A stretch of DNA of 64,000 nt from Bugula neritina (Eukaryota > Animalia > Bryozoa), in contig OZ037772.1 of NCBI GenBank assembly GCA_964035545.1, positions 1 through 64,000 on the forward strand. Reading direction: 5' to 3'. This document shows, in pieces, positions 1-14,300 of this stretch. Positions within the stretch are counted from its first letter, which is position 1. Each line of letters begins with the position of its first letter. The position numbers and the translations under genes were made by a program. The notes below the pieces were generated by a model. It was not told where the DNA came from and did not search any database. It worked only from the letters and a program-made list of their open reading frames with translations.

Positions 1-142
<142 letters not shown>

Positions 143-499
143 ATAACAAGGAAGTTATGTTGTAGTATTGGCTCCTCAGAATTCACACATCAGTAATTAG
201 TTGCATTGTGCAAACTTGCAACAATAGTGAATCGTTATTGACAATATGACCTCCACTTAGTAGTTAAGTAGTAATTTGCCTTGTCATGAGTGACTATTTT
301 CCAGCATGTCAAGTACATAATATAGTCAAGTGTGTTTGTGTAAAGTTGCCTTTATACCCTTCATGATTTTCGGTTAAAAATTCAATTTGGCCAGGTTGAA
401 ATTGCATTGCATTGTAAAAGCCACTCGTTAAAATTTTTGTGCTGTGTAAACTTAATCGGCCAATTTTAGAATAGGAGTAATAACTCCTTGTAAACATCG

Positions 500-741
500 T
501 TATTCAGTTATTACTTTGGCGATTAGACAACGTACTTTTATGGTTATAATTATATAGCCTATGCATTCTCAATTATCGTTTTTATGCTGTCCGCTTCACT
601 AATTCACTACGTTTAGAAAGGGCATCAAATAGCTATTATGCGAGTCAAATTTCAATTTCAGAAAGTGAGCAACCGCATCAATATGATTTCAACGAGTTTC
701 AGTTTGACTATAAAGAGGTACCCGGACAAGCATTATTAACT
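500..741 (+). mobile_element. Interspersed repeat fragment (MITE-like), inverted copy at ~7410-7655
   Basis: Diverged reverse-complement similarity, e.g. TTTCAACGAGTTTCAGTTTGACTA vs TAGTCAAACTGAAAATCGTTGAAA. Confidence 0.55.
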
Positions 742-956
742 TAAACTCGCGGTACTCGCGGTACTTTTTTAGCAGAGGTATAAACGTAACTTGATATAGC
801 CTGTGGTCTATGTAATGAATGTGTGTTGATGAGTGATGAGTATTTATTTGAGTATTTGTCAAGGACATAGCTGTGTGTGTGGATGGAGTATCTCATTACT
901 TGAGATATACTAAACACAGCTAACACAGGTAACATACTGATGGCTATATATTGTAG

Positions 957-3900
957 AAAAGATCACCATGACATCACAGATCCCACAACACTACCAGTAG
1001 CTCAGCATGGAGACCCCTTAGAATACAAGTCTCCACCCAAACCTGCACCCATTCCTTGCGATGTGTGTAAAGGTGAAACACAAGCTGCTGTGTTTTGTAT
1101 AGAGAGTCAAAAGAAATTGTGTCAGCAGCATCAAGAAGTGAGTCTTTCTTGTATAACTTCTCAAGATTAGTTACTAAACCAGTTCTTTATTGTTTGTAGA
1201 ATATTATTGAAAAGAAATGTTGAGTCTGTGTGACTTGTTATATACTAAACACACAGTTTCACAGTGCAGTGAGTCAACTATGACAGACTTGTTGGTAAAA
1301 ATACAACCAACTAAACTGTCGACCTTTATTATACAGAATCACAGAGAGCTGATGGGAGATAGACATCAGTTGATTGACATTGAGGTCTACAGAGCTTCTC
1401 CCCAAAGATATAGTATAGCTGAATGTAAACATCATAAACATGAACAGCTGACAGAAGTGTGTTCCAAGTGTCACCAGATATTCTGTATGAGATGTGATCT
1501 GAGGACTGGCTGTAAGGATGAGACAGGTATTTACTTGCTGTTTCTATTTCTGTAGAAAGAAACTGAGAAATATTACAAGAACCTGTTATTTATTATTTTA
1601 TTATTGAAGTGAGTTATATGTAAAAGTAAAAGAGGAAGTAAGTTTGTCAGCAATAATTAAGGTTTGTGTGAGACAGAAGTGGATAGTGCAGAAGTTTATA
1701 TTCTCACTGTTATGTTGAATATTTAGTATATTTCTTCCTTCAAGTGTCTGTTTCCTTGATAAGATGGTATATAGGCATAGCCTTAACTCAATGGTGTCCC
1801 ACCTTCTTCATACCATCCCCCTTTTTATAAATGTTTTTTATTAAGTTTCCGCTTTTTTGACAAAATTGTAATTTCATTTATAAAGAAAATCTGGAACAAG
1901 TTGTTTTCCTAATAATTCATTGAGTTTAGGAAAAGGCCAGTGTGTTTGACATGAACCAGTGTCTGCCACAACTTCAGTTTAGCTGTGAAAGCATTGATGC
2001 TGCTATTGAAAGCAATGGGTTGATGATTATACTCATTCATTTTAGGTTCAGAGTTTTTAGTACAGCAAATATATAACTACTAGGTATGCAGTAAATAGTT
2101 TATGGAGATCAGTTCCACTGACTGCAAAACTTCCTGTTAGTTTTTGCTTTCAAGAAACTTTTTTACCCCCATTCGTAGTATAGGAGGGGTAGCAGCTAGG
2201 GTAGAAAAGAAAAAGGCAATTTGTGTTTGACATGGACCAGTGTCTGCCACAACTTCAGTTTAGTTATAGTTATACATATACATGTAACCTGGAAAACAAG
2301 GCACGAGCTCACAGAGCTAGTAAACTGTGTGAATTTTTTAGAATTGAAACCCCTGGAAAGCCCTAATTCTCTGCAAGGGGAATCCCCCCCCCCAAGGTTG
2401 GGAGCCACTGCTCTAACATTTTCAATTATATTATGCCAAGTGCAGTGATTAATGAACTAACCTGTGAAATATCTCTAGTCCAAGTCCAACTGTCTAGTTA
2501 TTACATAGTATGTGTATCGTGATACATCATCAACCTGTAGGTACAGGTATCGTAGGTGTAGAATAAGTACAATATCACATCTAAAAATGCTTTTATGAAT
2601 GGTGTGATTTTATGTATACAGAAAAGACAGTAACATCCCATGACTTGGCATCTTTGAGTGATTTGTCTTGCGAGTTACGAGAAAGTCTGACTGGTGGAAT
2701 AGAGACTCTGTCTGAGAAAGTTGCAGAGTTGAATGACATCTCAAAAGATGCCTGGAAAGAACTGAATAAAATAGAAGATGAAGTGAAGAGGATGGTTGCC
2801 AGAGTAAATGCGGTGGCTGATGCTCAGGTATACTGACATGGTGATGTCATCTAATGTATTTCTGTTTGTCTGAAAATTGGGTTTTGCATTTGGTCTTTGC
2901 GTTATAATCTAAAAAGAATTTGGGTCATTTTACTTAATTTAGTACACACTCGAAATCTTCAGTTTTTGGCTATTTTTCACAATTCAGCTGGTAATGAACA
3001 TGGTTTTTTGGTCAAAACTAGTAAAACACCAATAAATACACTTAAATAATCAAAGTTCTTTTTAATTTTGCTTTATTTCCCATGTTTTCCCTAATTATTC
3101 AGCTAGTTTTGGTTACGGACTGTTACGGTTTTTTCATAAAGGTCCTCACATATAGAATATTAAGTGCATATGACAATGACTTGTGCTTTAATGTTGGGGA
3201 ATCCCCTCTCAGCCTTTTCTGTTATGCGTAGTTGAAACCAGCACATAAAAATACCATGTATATAGTAAATTTCAATGGATTTTGAGCAAACTTTAATGTT
3301 AGGTCATGATTTGCTGGTGTGTACTAAATGAAGTACACTGACACATTTCCTTTGCCACTAGAATTAACTGGCCATTAAAGCTTTATCATTCTGTGCACAA
3401 GTAGCAGTAGCCATTCATCACATGATACTCAGTGCAGAGGAACCTGTCAATACAGATGACTCACTCATCCTTCTGCAACTGTCAATCACTCACACAGGGA
3501 GGTTGGCTGTGTGAGTGATTGACAGGTGTCAGGAGAAGGAGACTAGTCCCGTGATGTACTAGCTCTCTGCTGTGTATAGAGTGTCACGTGACTGAGTCAT
3601 TGTCCACTCAGTGGGTGATCTGTCACTTTCATTTTAAGTGCAGAGGTTGTGAGGTGCAGATGTGGTTACACTGTGTTACTATTTATTAGATAGCAGAGAT
3701 CAGAAAGAAAGCTACAAACCTGAGGCTAGAAATATATGGATATTTGAAGAGCTGCACACAGATAGTGGATAATTATAGAATAGAGCTGGCCTTGAGTAAG
3801 ACAATGGGCAGACAGTCTCTGCTGGACACAGTACAACATGCAGTTGATAAGTTCAATGATGCAGGGATTGTGAGAGATTACAAAGAGATGAGTGAGAAGA

Positions 3901-6228
3901 TGGAAAAGGCTACAGATATTGGTGTAATAGAGAAGTGTGTACTTCCAGACAGCTTCTTGGTACCAACATGTAGGTGGAGTCTATAAATAGTAACACCAAC
4001 TATAAATAACTTTCTGCTTGTAATTAGTTAAATTGTTTCCATTGAATATTTTAACAGAAAAATAAAGAGAAGCTCTGATAATTAGAAAAGTAGATAGAGT
4101 TTATTTATCAGAGAATTGAGTTTTGTTTTACTCTCACATCATGAGACATTTCTGCAGTGTTTCAGAGTTTATGATGTATAAGTGAGCTGGCAGCTGCTAA
4201 ACTGTGTTATGCTGACTACTTGCTGTCAGTATTTACAAGATATTCTCACTTAGACCTGTGCATCACGCAGCAACTTGTAGTAACTACAGATTGCTTGTAT
4301 TTCAAACGTATTTTTATTTAAATTTGAAAAGCTGTTTCCACCTCCTTAGGTGATAAGATTCTCAAGTTATAGAATTGTTATTTTGTTGCTGCAGACAGTG
4401 AAGACAGTTTGGGACTGAAGCTGCTGCAGCCACCATCTTCTCTACAGTCTGATGGACTTCCTGTACGTCACTCGTGTGTCACAGTAAACATCTCAGCTGA
4501 TGGACATCTGATGTGTTGGACACCAGGAGGTGTAGAAATAATAAATAGAGACACTCTGGATACTATCAGCTCAGCGAAGGACACCAACACTACAAGGTGG
4601 TGGACGGAGATAATCCAACCTGAAGGGGTGATGGTTGGCAGCTGGTATAACAAGAAGGAGAAAACAGCTGAAGTCTCACTTCTTGATCCGAACTCCTTTG
4701 AGAAGACTCGCTCTCTCTACAAGCAATCAGTAGATGAACTCTTCGCCTACTATAGAATAGCTCAGCACGACTCTCTACTCTATATTGTAGACATGAGAGA
4801 GAAACAGCTGGTAGTCTGTAACCTAGTTGACAATAAAATACAGAAGTTCCCACTTCCTGGGATGGAGTTCCCTCTACCTGTATGCATCCTCCCAGACTCA
4901 ACTCTCCTCATAGGAGACTTCACTGTAGATGGTGCAGTGAGAAGATATAAAGTGGAAAACACAACTCTCACTCTAATGTCGGAGTTTCCTCACATCTCAC
5001 AACCAACTGGTATTTCTTTTGATCCAGCATCTGAACTGATTCACATCTGTACACGGATAGGACCTCTCCTCATCCTCTCACTTGAAGGTAAATACACTGT
5101 TTATTATAGTAAGTTTAGTTATTTTATATATAATTATGTTGCAGTAAATAATATATTTTAATAATTAACAGTAAACAACTTCCACTCATAAGATATATTA
5201 TGATATTGTTAGTATTTATCAAGTCACTGATGTTATTTTTAGCTAAAAGTTATGTAACAAAGACTGTAATATGCTGATAGTAGATTTTATATTCTTCATC
5301 ACATGACTTGTAGCTAATAATAATATTAGTGAATAACACTGCCTCCCTACAATAAGTTTATTTCCAGCTGCAGTAACATGCAGGATGTAAGCACAGGTAA
5401 AAGTGTATATTATATTGTATAGGTTTAAGGTGTACTCTGTGTAGTGTGCAGTGAGCTCTTAGTAAACTCTCTATTCAGTCTTCCTTTTCAAGGGTTCACC
5501 TGGTAGTGTAGAGGATAGGGACTCCACACTGCTAAGTGAGTTGGTGCTGCAAGGGGTTCAAACTCACCTATCAGCATGTTTTATAGTTAGTATACTATGC
5601 AAGTGTGTTCCAGTAATTTTAGAGGTGCTCAGTTTAACAATTGTACAGACTGTCAGCTACATATGGGTTATGAGTTGTAGTTTGACTTCAGTCTAGTGCT
5701 GCTGTTGTTTTGGTCATCGGATAATTTAAATATAAATAATTTGATACTTTCTGACTGCCATTACCGAGACTATTGTAATTTGATGATGGCTGGTAGAGTA
5801 GTGTTTGCTGGTGGAACTCAGGTGGCTGTGGTTGGTTCTTGTCAAGTATTTAATATGTGATAATGCTGGAGTAGCTGCAGTAAAAGTAGTATTAGAAGTA
5901 GACATGTGGGTGTGTTTTTGCTAAGAGTCACAGGCTAAGTTTGTGGGTCAAGGTCAATACTGTTGTATAAGGAGATACTATTTTCTGCCTTCTTTAAATA
6001 TTTACTTCATGAATATAATCTATTTAGTTCTTTTTGTAAAGGAACCTCTCCATACACACCAACTGATACAATATGATGTTATTATTTACAGGTCAACTGG
6101 TGCTTACAGTTCCCAGGGAAAGTCTTGGTGTGAATGGCTTGGTGGGGGACATTGCTGTGTATAACAGAGACACAGTGTTTTTAGCATGTGAAGATGGCGG
6201 TCTGAGGAGATACATAATAAAATACTAA
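957..6228 (+). CDS. TRIM-like protein (B-box1, B-box2, coiled coil, NHL/beta-propeller-like C-terminus); 5' exon(s) not seen in the window
   Basis: Phase-compatible GT-AG exons: 957-1137 (CDVC...FCIESQKKLCQQH), 1337-1526 (CKHH...CSKCHQIFCMRC), 2622-2827 and 3690-3969 (helical coiled coil), 4395-5087 (NHL-like PLPVCILPDSTLLIGD, PTGISFDP), 6092-6228 (ends IIKY-TAA). AATAAA at about 6410. The first visible exon starts in phase 2, so an upstream exon (possibly RING) is missing. Confidence 0.8.
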
Positions 6229-7409
6229 ACTTAGCAGCTACAGTTTACTAATAATCAGCTCAGTGAGGTGCTGAGGGATAAAACAAATAGTATTTGTCAT
6301 CAACAAAATTATATTCATTACAATTCATCAAAACGCACACTTTAATTTTTTAGTTAGATATGATTGAGATGTTTTACTGTATCAAATATATGTTGTCATT
6401 TTACTATTTAATAAAGTTTATTTGTTAGTAAAAATATAGTCTGCTTTCATGCCTCATTAGCTTTAGTTCAAGTTGAGTTCGGTTACTAAAAATAATCTTT
6501 ACTGGAGCAGTAACTGTGAATGACTTGTCTGTGGGAGAATTTATACACTGAATTGACATGCAGGTGCAAGTAACCCCAACATGATTAAGCAAATTTATTC
6601 TAACCATTCATAATAATATACATTCCATTGCTGTGTACAACAGCAATGAGTAGCCAATCAAATTGTTTCTTGTCATGCAATCAGGAACCTGATAAATAAT
6701 ATATAAGGCAATCAACTAGCTATAAACACTGTTTTACTTTACACATGAGCTGTCTGTGATACAGCTGTTTTGTAAAATGTGTGTAATTTGATAAGTTTAG
6801 TTCAATTGGTTGCAGTTTATGACGTATTCCCCATTCACCTGGTAGAAATACCAACAGGTATAATAGAGGACAACTCCGAAGCATGTCTAAAGGCATGTAT
6901 TTAGTAAACAATGTATTGCAATGCTACCATCTGATTGGACAATTCTGTTCTCATGCAACAGCTTCAAGCTCTTGTGTAAATTGCAACCAATTACCAAAAG
7001 GTGATGGTAGGATTTACATGTAAACTCAATTCTTTTAGGTATAGGTATAATAGTAGGGAGTTTTACTGATGTGTTTGTATTATTTTAACTTGCAGGGCTG
7101 ATTCCATTACAGGTTGGAATTTGATTCTTAACTTCAACCACAGTATGCTGTGGGTGGTAACCCTCATGCACCTGACTAAAGGAACATATATGTCCTTACA
7201 ACTTACTCTATCAACATTTGGACACACGTATGTATCTGTAACTATACAAACAGTAGTGCTTGTGTTATACTTATACCTTCAGACCAAATTGCTTCAAATT
7301 TTTATAAGGGATGTGAATAATTGTTATATCGAACATTGCCAACATTAACAGTGACAATTTTAGAGTGTTAAATTGTGTTAATACTTTTGCTGAAAAAGTT
7401 TCAACTTTC

Positions 7410-7655
7410 AGTTTATAACGCTTGTCTGGGTACCCGTTTTTAGTCAAACTGAAAATCGTTGAAATCGTATTGATGCTAAAGCTTACTTTTTAAAATGAAA
7501 TCTGACTTGTGTGATCGTTCTTTGATGCCTTTTGCAAACGCCGTGAAATAATGAAGTTGCCGCAGCATAAAAGCGATAATTGAGAAGGTGTAGGGTATAT
7601 AATTATTAACATATAAGTATACATCATCTATTCGCCAAAATCAATAAAATAATAC
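7410..7655 (-). mobile_element. Interspersed repeat fragment, inverted copy of 500-741
   Basis: Same family as 500-741, opposite orientation, diverged. Confidence 0.55.
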
Positions 7656-8169
7656 ACTTTGAAGAATATAAAAGTTGGTGAGTCAGTCTCTGAATTGTAA
7701 TAAAGTTTATTTAAATCAGATAGCTTAATAACAAAATAATATCACCGTATTATTTTTAAGTTCAACTATGAAGTTGCTGGGAACATTGCTGTCACTGGCC
7801 ATAAAAATATGAATCATAGCAACAATTTGTTGATAAGTTTGATGAGTAATGTAATTACTTTACCAATTATTAAATACTATATTTATACTCTTTACATGCT
7901 GTGTTTCAACATTATAGCTTGTTACAAATAACATTGCGTTGTTATCAACCTTTCTCATAATATTGCATGTAAGTTGAGCTCTACTTTACTTTCATAAATT
8001 TATATATACATTTGTATACGGAATATATTAATATGGTCCCTGTATGTTTAAGCCAAGTTAGCTTTATAATCTAAATATAACTTTCAGATATAGTTATGCT
8101 CTACTCTTTAGAGTTGATTTCAGATCATCATGTAACTACTGCAGCTCTGAAATTATTAATACAGATGGT

Positions 8170-8450
8170 TTATGAAGGTGACACAATATGAACATGGTGT
8201 TGCTAGGTTACAATGCAATGCTGCGAGAATGATGCTATAATACAGTATATAACGCTGTTGCTATAGGATACAATATAACATTGTTGCTAGGATACAAAAA
8301 CACCCTAATACTAGTTGACAATGTAATAAGTCACTAGGATAAAAGAAGACAATATGTTGCTAGGATACAGTATAACGATGTCACTACGATCCAAGCTGAC
8401 AATTTCACTAGGATACAATATAGCAGTGTTGCTAGGATACAATATCAAAT
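8170..8450. repeat. Degenerate ~27-bp minisatellite (TTGCTAGGATACAATATA core)
   Basis: Recurring GCTAGGATACAA motif at regular spacing. Confidence 0.6.
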
Positions 8451-9347
8451 TCTTGCTAAAATATACCTGCATGGTACACATATTATTTAGAGGAGCACAC
8501 CAGCTAATACCCCTGTAACTAAACCTCAACATTTAACTATTCTATTTTAATACATATAATAGCAGTTGAGATGGACTATCAGAGAGTGGTAGCTTGTAAA
8601 GATATCATACTGCAATATTTTACATTATATCTTATAGAGTTTTAGAAGGTGGTCCTATGTATATTCTCCAATTGAATTTTTTTATTTTATGATGCAGGCT
8701 ATGTATTTTGATAGGAGCTTGTTTTGCTACGCAAATTGCAAGCCATCGCCAAATAGTATATCAAGTGTGCTACACAATTTACAATTACATAAGCTATTGA
8801 ATGGACAACCATATTCTAAAACAAATTCAAATGTTCAATTTAAATCTGTTTCTTTTTAATTTACAAAACTTATGTCATATCTTTAATCAAAAAAGTATTT
8901 GACTTTGAGTTGTTTTCTAATCAGGCTCAATCGGTAAGTAAAAATTTAGCTAGCATATAAAACTACAAAAAGCTTTAAAAATTTAACAGGGGAAGTAACT
9001 CTAAAAGTAAATGAATAGCCAATACTGTGGCAGAGAACATAGTTATCTAACAATTCAAATATCATGAGACTGCACTAATGTCTATGGCATCATTTTAAAT
9101 ACTGTTTATGTAGCATTTGACAAACTCTCGTCATGTAAACGAATGATCAAAAAATGTTGTATATATAAGCAAAAAGTTGTACTAAGTGTAGGGATTACTA
9201 GCTATATATTCATTCACTTCCACTCTTTTTATTAACATCATTCTCAGAACAAAAATACTTGCCTGCTATAGAAGTGGTTAGAGAGTAGGCCCTACAACTA
9301 TACCTCTTATATAGAGGGTATTCCAAAATTGGTATTCCCTACAATAT

Positions 9348-9623
9348 TGTAGTGAGTACGTACTACGCGCGTCCACACGTCCCCTAGTCAATGAGAAGTG
9401 CGTCATGTGATAACCCCCAGTGATGTATAAAGTAGTAGTAGAGAGAGCGTACTAGAATAAAAAATATGTAGTGTTTTAATCCGTGTGTTTTTATATCTCT
9501 TTACTTGTACTTAGTAGTAAATAAATCTCGTCTAACATTATTAAAAGCCCTATATTGATGTGGATACACAAACTATAATTACAAGCTAGGAACTCACGCA
9601 CTGTAATTGCACAAATAACTACA
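9348..9623 (+). repeat. Gypsy 5' LTR
   Basis: TGTAGT...ACTACA ends, contains TATAAA and AATAAA, direct repeat of 17223-17498. Confidence 0.96.
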
Positions 9624-9624
9624 G

Positions 9625-9644
9625 TGGTGGCAGCGGTGGGATTC
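9625..9644 (+). promoter_or_regulatory. Primer-binding site complementary to the tRNA-Leu 3' end
   Basis: TGGTGGCAGCGGTGGGATTC one base after the LTR; complement of a ...CCCACCGCTGCCACCA tRNA-Leu end. Confidence 0.88.
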
Positions 9645-9684
9645 TAGCTATTATATGGAGATGATGGAAAGGCATTAGAATATC

Positions 9685-10620
9685 ATGGCCGAAGATACAG
9701 CTTCAACTGAAGAAGGTGAGCGAGACATTATCATAAGCTCTCACGAGGCCAAAGAGGAGGCATATAAAAATACATTAGAGGCTCCCGTCTTCACGGGCCT
9801 TGAAGATGTTGAACAATTCATTCAGGAATTCCGTGGAGTTGCAGCCATTACAAGATGGCCACCGAGAGTAGCCCTGATAAAGCTACGGATGGCACTGACG
9901 GAACAAGCCAAGCCGTACGGGCGGAGACCTAGCGTAGACCGGATCATTGCTGCGCTGCGGGCCCGTTTTGGCATACCTGTCGCCGACGCCAAAGCCCGTT
10001 TGCAAGGACTGCTTCGCAAAACATGTACACCGCTCCCGGACCACGCTACTCTGGTGAAGAGACTAGCACAGATCGCGTATAGCAATCTGCCAGAAACACA
10101 CAGATGGCACTATACATTCGAGGCGTTCGTACAATCCCTCAACAGCTTGGACCTCCACCACCAGTTACAAGCAAAGGGAGTGACCACGATAGAGGCGGCA
10201 ATCCAGGAAAGCGAGGCTTATCTCGGAGCCGAGGGACTCTACCGAACGGTAGAAACTATTCCACAGACCACTAGAAGACCAAACCATCCGGTCCGAATAG
10301 CTACCGCTACCGCTAGCTCCTTCCTAGAGACAGAGGTAGACCGCTTGATGACTAAGCTGGGACAGTTGGTGGCGACCATAACATACAGGAACCCCAGGAG
10401 GTACAAGATACCAACCATAAGAACCCCCAGACCAGCTATTTAATGCTGGGGATGCGGCACCAGGGGACACCGCCGCTCGAGCTGCCCACGACTCAGGACG
10501 CAGCAGAAACCCCACGGTCTCCGGGAGCACCCAAAGCTCCGCGGGCCCAAGCAGAAAAAAAAACGGGGTGGATACCGCCAGGAGTCCGTACAGACCCAGC
10601 GGCATACCCCCCACCAGTGG
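9685..10620 (+). pseudogene. gag: Gypsy gag (capsid-like region plus CCHC knuckle), disrupted
   Basis: ORF 9685-10443 (APVFTGLEDVEQFIQEF). After an in-frame TAA the same frame gives CWGCGTRGHRRSSC (CX2CX4HX4C). Interrupted by the MITE at 10623. Confidence 0.85.
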
Positions 10621-10622
10621 CA

Positions 10623-11377
10623 CACAGGATAGTTAAGGGCATCCTCACTAAGAATATCATAAATTTCTCTCAAAATGTAGTTCGGGTTCTTGAATAATAT
10701 TGCTCTGCGGGTAGCATGCGTGTTGCCTACTTGTAATTGTTTAGCCTAAGAATAAACTACAACCAATAAGCAGCAACCTTCGTTAGGGCTGCGTTATCTA
10801 TCAACATTCCATTATTGGTGCTACATAAACAAAGTACAAAGCAAGCTGTTCATTATAGCCTGCCAGTTAGCTAGCCTGTAATTATTATGTAGGAGTCAAT
10901 ATCTTCTCATCCCTATGTGCTCAGTGAAGCGTGAAGTGCTGCGCGCTGCTAGTTTCTTATGAGAAAACATGGCATTTTCAGTGTATAAATCACCAATTTA
11001 TGAGCAATCTAGCAAAGTTATTGAAGAAAGAAAAAAACTTACACTGGAGAAATATCTCAGGATTCCAGCAGTGCAATTTTTATTCAGATATCATGCTTTG
11101 CTGCTGAGATATTTTACTGGTACTGAAAAGACAGCTTTTTAGGCAAAATTGGCCAAAATTAGGCAGTTTTTTGTCTATAACTTCGCAAAAAAAATGAAAA
11201 TTGAAATTTCCAAAAAACTTACACTGGAGAAAAAGAAGATCTACAACATATTTTTAAATTTTGACTTTAGCACAATTAGGTGAGATTTTATTTTACTGGT
11301 ACTGAATTCTTATATGATTACAATGCAAACCTCAGCAAGGCAGTTGCAGCTAAAAGGTTGCCGTTAACTATCCTGTG
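10623..11377. mobile_element. Non-autonomous CMC/EnSpm-like MITE nested in the Gypsy element
   Basis: TIRs CACAGGATAGTTAAGGGCATCCT / AGGTTGCCGTTAACTATCCTGTG, 2-bp CA TSD, AT-rich interior in GC-rich retroelement sequence. A second copy at 52322-52907 has a GA TSD. Confidence 0.85.
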
Positions 11378-14300
11378 CAAACACCTTGGCAAAGCCCCCT
11401 TCTCTCTGCCTCTCACTAACCGCTTCGGTCCGCTACCAGAAATGGAGCCGACCAGCGAGGCCCCTACGGGCATCGGAGGGGATCAATACGCCACTGCACA
11501 AGGAAAATCTCACCGGCCCCGCAAACCGTGGAACCAAGGGGCACAGCCCCGTTGGGCCGAGACCGAGCACCCTGGGGGAGTACGGGTACAGCCCCACGGA
11601 GGTAGCTACTTCTTGCCAGGGAAGGTGGCTGGCAAAGCTGTCACCTTTCTGTTAGAGTCCGGGTGTACCACTAATCTCTTCAGCCGTTGGGTCTTCGACA
11701 CCCTCCCCTCTAGGAAGAGGGGAGCCTTAGCTCCCTATACCGGGGAACCGGGCACCCTTGCTGACGGGTCGCGGATTCCATTCTACGGTATTATAGAGTT
11801 GACTGGGCGCGTCCGCGACCAGGCTATCCAGGAAACCTTCGTCATCAGCTAACTCGAAGAGGATGCTATACTGGGGATGCCGTTCTTGAAGAGACACGGT
11901 TGCCGCATTGACTTTAGCAAGTCAGCCATGCTGATGGCCGGCAAGGAACTCGCCTGTGTCGACAAGTTCAGTTGTCCCGTAGTGGGAGGTGTGCAGGTAG
12001 TACGGAACTGTACTATACCCGGCCGCTCCCGGGCTACCGTTCACTGCAGAGTGAACAATAGCCAACTCTTAGGGTTAGGGGTTGTCGAAGGTGCGCACAC
12101 AAGAATCCAACTCGCCAGCAGTCTTAACCGGCTGACTGACCGAGGAGAGATCTCGGTGCAGTGTGTCAACCCCTTCTTTGAAGCGGTACAATTATCGTCA
12201 GGATCCATGCTGGGCCGCTTCCACTCCGTCCAAGAGGAGGATATAGGGCCGTCGCTGGGAGCTGCGACGGAAGGTCCCCAACAGAGCCCGTCAGTTAGGC
12301 GGGGGACCGTCCCACCACACGTCCAAGAGCTATACCAGGCAGCGTGTGACGGCTGCGTGGGCAACGGAGAGCGCTAGGCCATGGCTCAGTTGCTACGTGA
12401 CTATAGCGACGTGTTCAGCAGTGGGGACCATGACGTCGGCCTGACCACGGCCGTCCGCCATGAGATGCCGCTGGCTGCAGGTACTGCCCCTATTCGACAG
12501 CTCACTCGGAGGCTGGGACCCGAGAAGGAAAAGGAGGTCTATACGCCTTAGCCGGCAGCAAGTAATTCAGTACGCTAGACTTGTTGATCGGTTACTGGCA
12601 GGTCCCCCTCAGTCCTGACGCCCAGGAGAAAGCGGCGTTCATCACGCGGGATGGCTTATGAAAGTGGAAAGTCCTCCCCTTTAGACTGACTTCTGCCCCC
12701 GCCACGTTCCAGAGACTCATGGAACAAGTCCTCAGTGGACTTCACTGAAAGACACTGTTGGTATACCTTGATGATGTCATCGTGATCTCCCCCGACTTTC
12801 AGACACACGTCAGTCGTCTGCGGGAGGTTTTCGAACGACTCAGAGTTGCCAACCTCAAGCTCAAACTCTCCAAATGCGCTCTTTTGCAGCCAGAGGTGAA
12901 GTACCTGGAGCACATCGTCGGCCGTCACGGTGTGGCGGCGGATCCTAAAAAGGTATGAGCTATAGAGAACTAGGTCACCCCCCAGGATTTGACCGGGCTG
13001 CGGGTTTTCCTGGGACTGGTAGGGTATTACCGGCAATACATACCAGACTTTGCGGGGGTAGCACAGCCGTTAAATCGGCTCAACGCAAAGGGGGTGACCT
13101 GGCAGTGAACTTCCATCAAACAGAGAGCGTTCGACTATCTGAAGGGCCTACTAGAAGCCCCCATCCTAGCCTACCCAGACCCTGCCCTGGAGTATATCCT
13201 AGATACTGACGCCAGTGACCAAAACATCGGCGCTGTGCTGTCCCAGGTGCAGGAGGGCCGCGAAGTAGTCGTGGCCTACTACAGCAAGTCTCTCTCACCC
13301 ACCGAACGAAATTACTGCACTACCCGAAAGGAACTACTGGCAGTAATCAAGTCAGTGAAGCATTTTATACCTTATCTATACGGCAGGAAGTTCCGCTTGC
13401 GGGCTGACCACGCCTCCTTGATTTGGTCGTGCCAGAGAGCAGAATCGTCCAGCCAAGTCGCCAGGTGGCTCGAGGTCCTGGCATAGTTCTCTTACCGGAT
13501 CGAACATCGGCCCGGTAAGAAACCTGGCAATGCTGACGGACTGAGCCGGCGGCCGGACGAGGGGTGCAAACAGTGCCTCAACATTGAGAAGAGGGACGGG
13601 GGTCCCCCAAAATCCGAGTTGAAAGCACTGGACCACCCTGGAAAAGAGTATGACTGGGAGCAGGTTCAACTCCTACAGAAGGCCGATACGCCCCCGGATA
13701 GTCTCCAATCCTGTCTTGACTGTAAACGTCAGAGAGCTACGCAGATTCCAAGAGGACCTCCCAGGGGTAGTAGCCGACATGTATCGGGCCAAGAAGGAGG
13801 GGCGACGACCCAGCGAAGAACAACTGCGGCAGGGATGCGCCGAGTTACGGCTGTACTGCCAACGTTGGGACTCCCTGCGGATCGGGCCAGATGGTCTGCT
13901 GACCATCACAGTGGCCACCTACAACAGCCAGTACAGGAGAAAGAGGGTGATCTGCCCAGCCGCCATTTGCCGGGAGTTAGTATGGGACACCCACAAACAG
14001 GCTCACGCCAGTGTCAAAAGGGTGCTCTCCAAGTTACAGCCCTGGTGGTACTGGCCCGGCATGTGGCATGACGTACGGCTTAGAGTAAAACAATGCGAAA
14101 TCTGCCAGGCCAGCAAGCATGGCTGTCTCCCTGGCAAAGCGGGACGGCGTAGGCTATATGCTGGAAGGCCGTGGCAGGTGGTAGCTGTTGACCTAGTCGG
14201 ACCCATGCCTCTCACCCCTCTGAGGAAACAGTTGGATACTAGTATTAACCGACCACTTTACCCGGTGGGCAAACGCTCTGGCTATCCCAGATGCGTCCGC

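Noticed and set aside
10441-10443. In-frame TAA before the gag zinc knuckle as programmed readthrough
   Set aside because: The element has many other stops and frameshifts, so a nonsense mutation is simpler.
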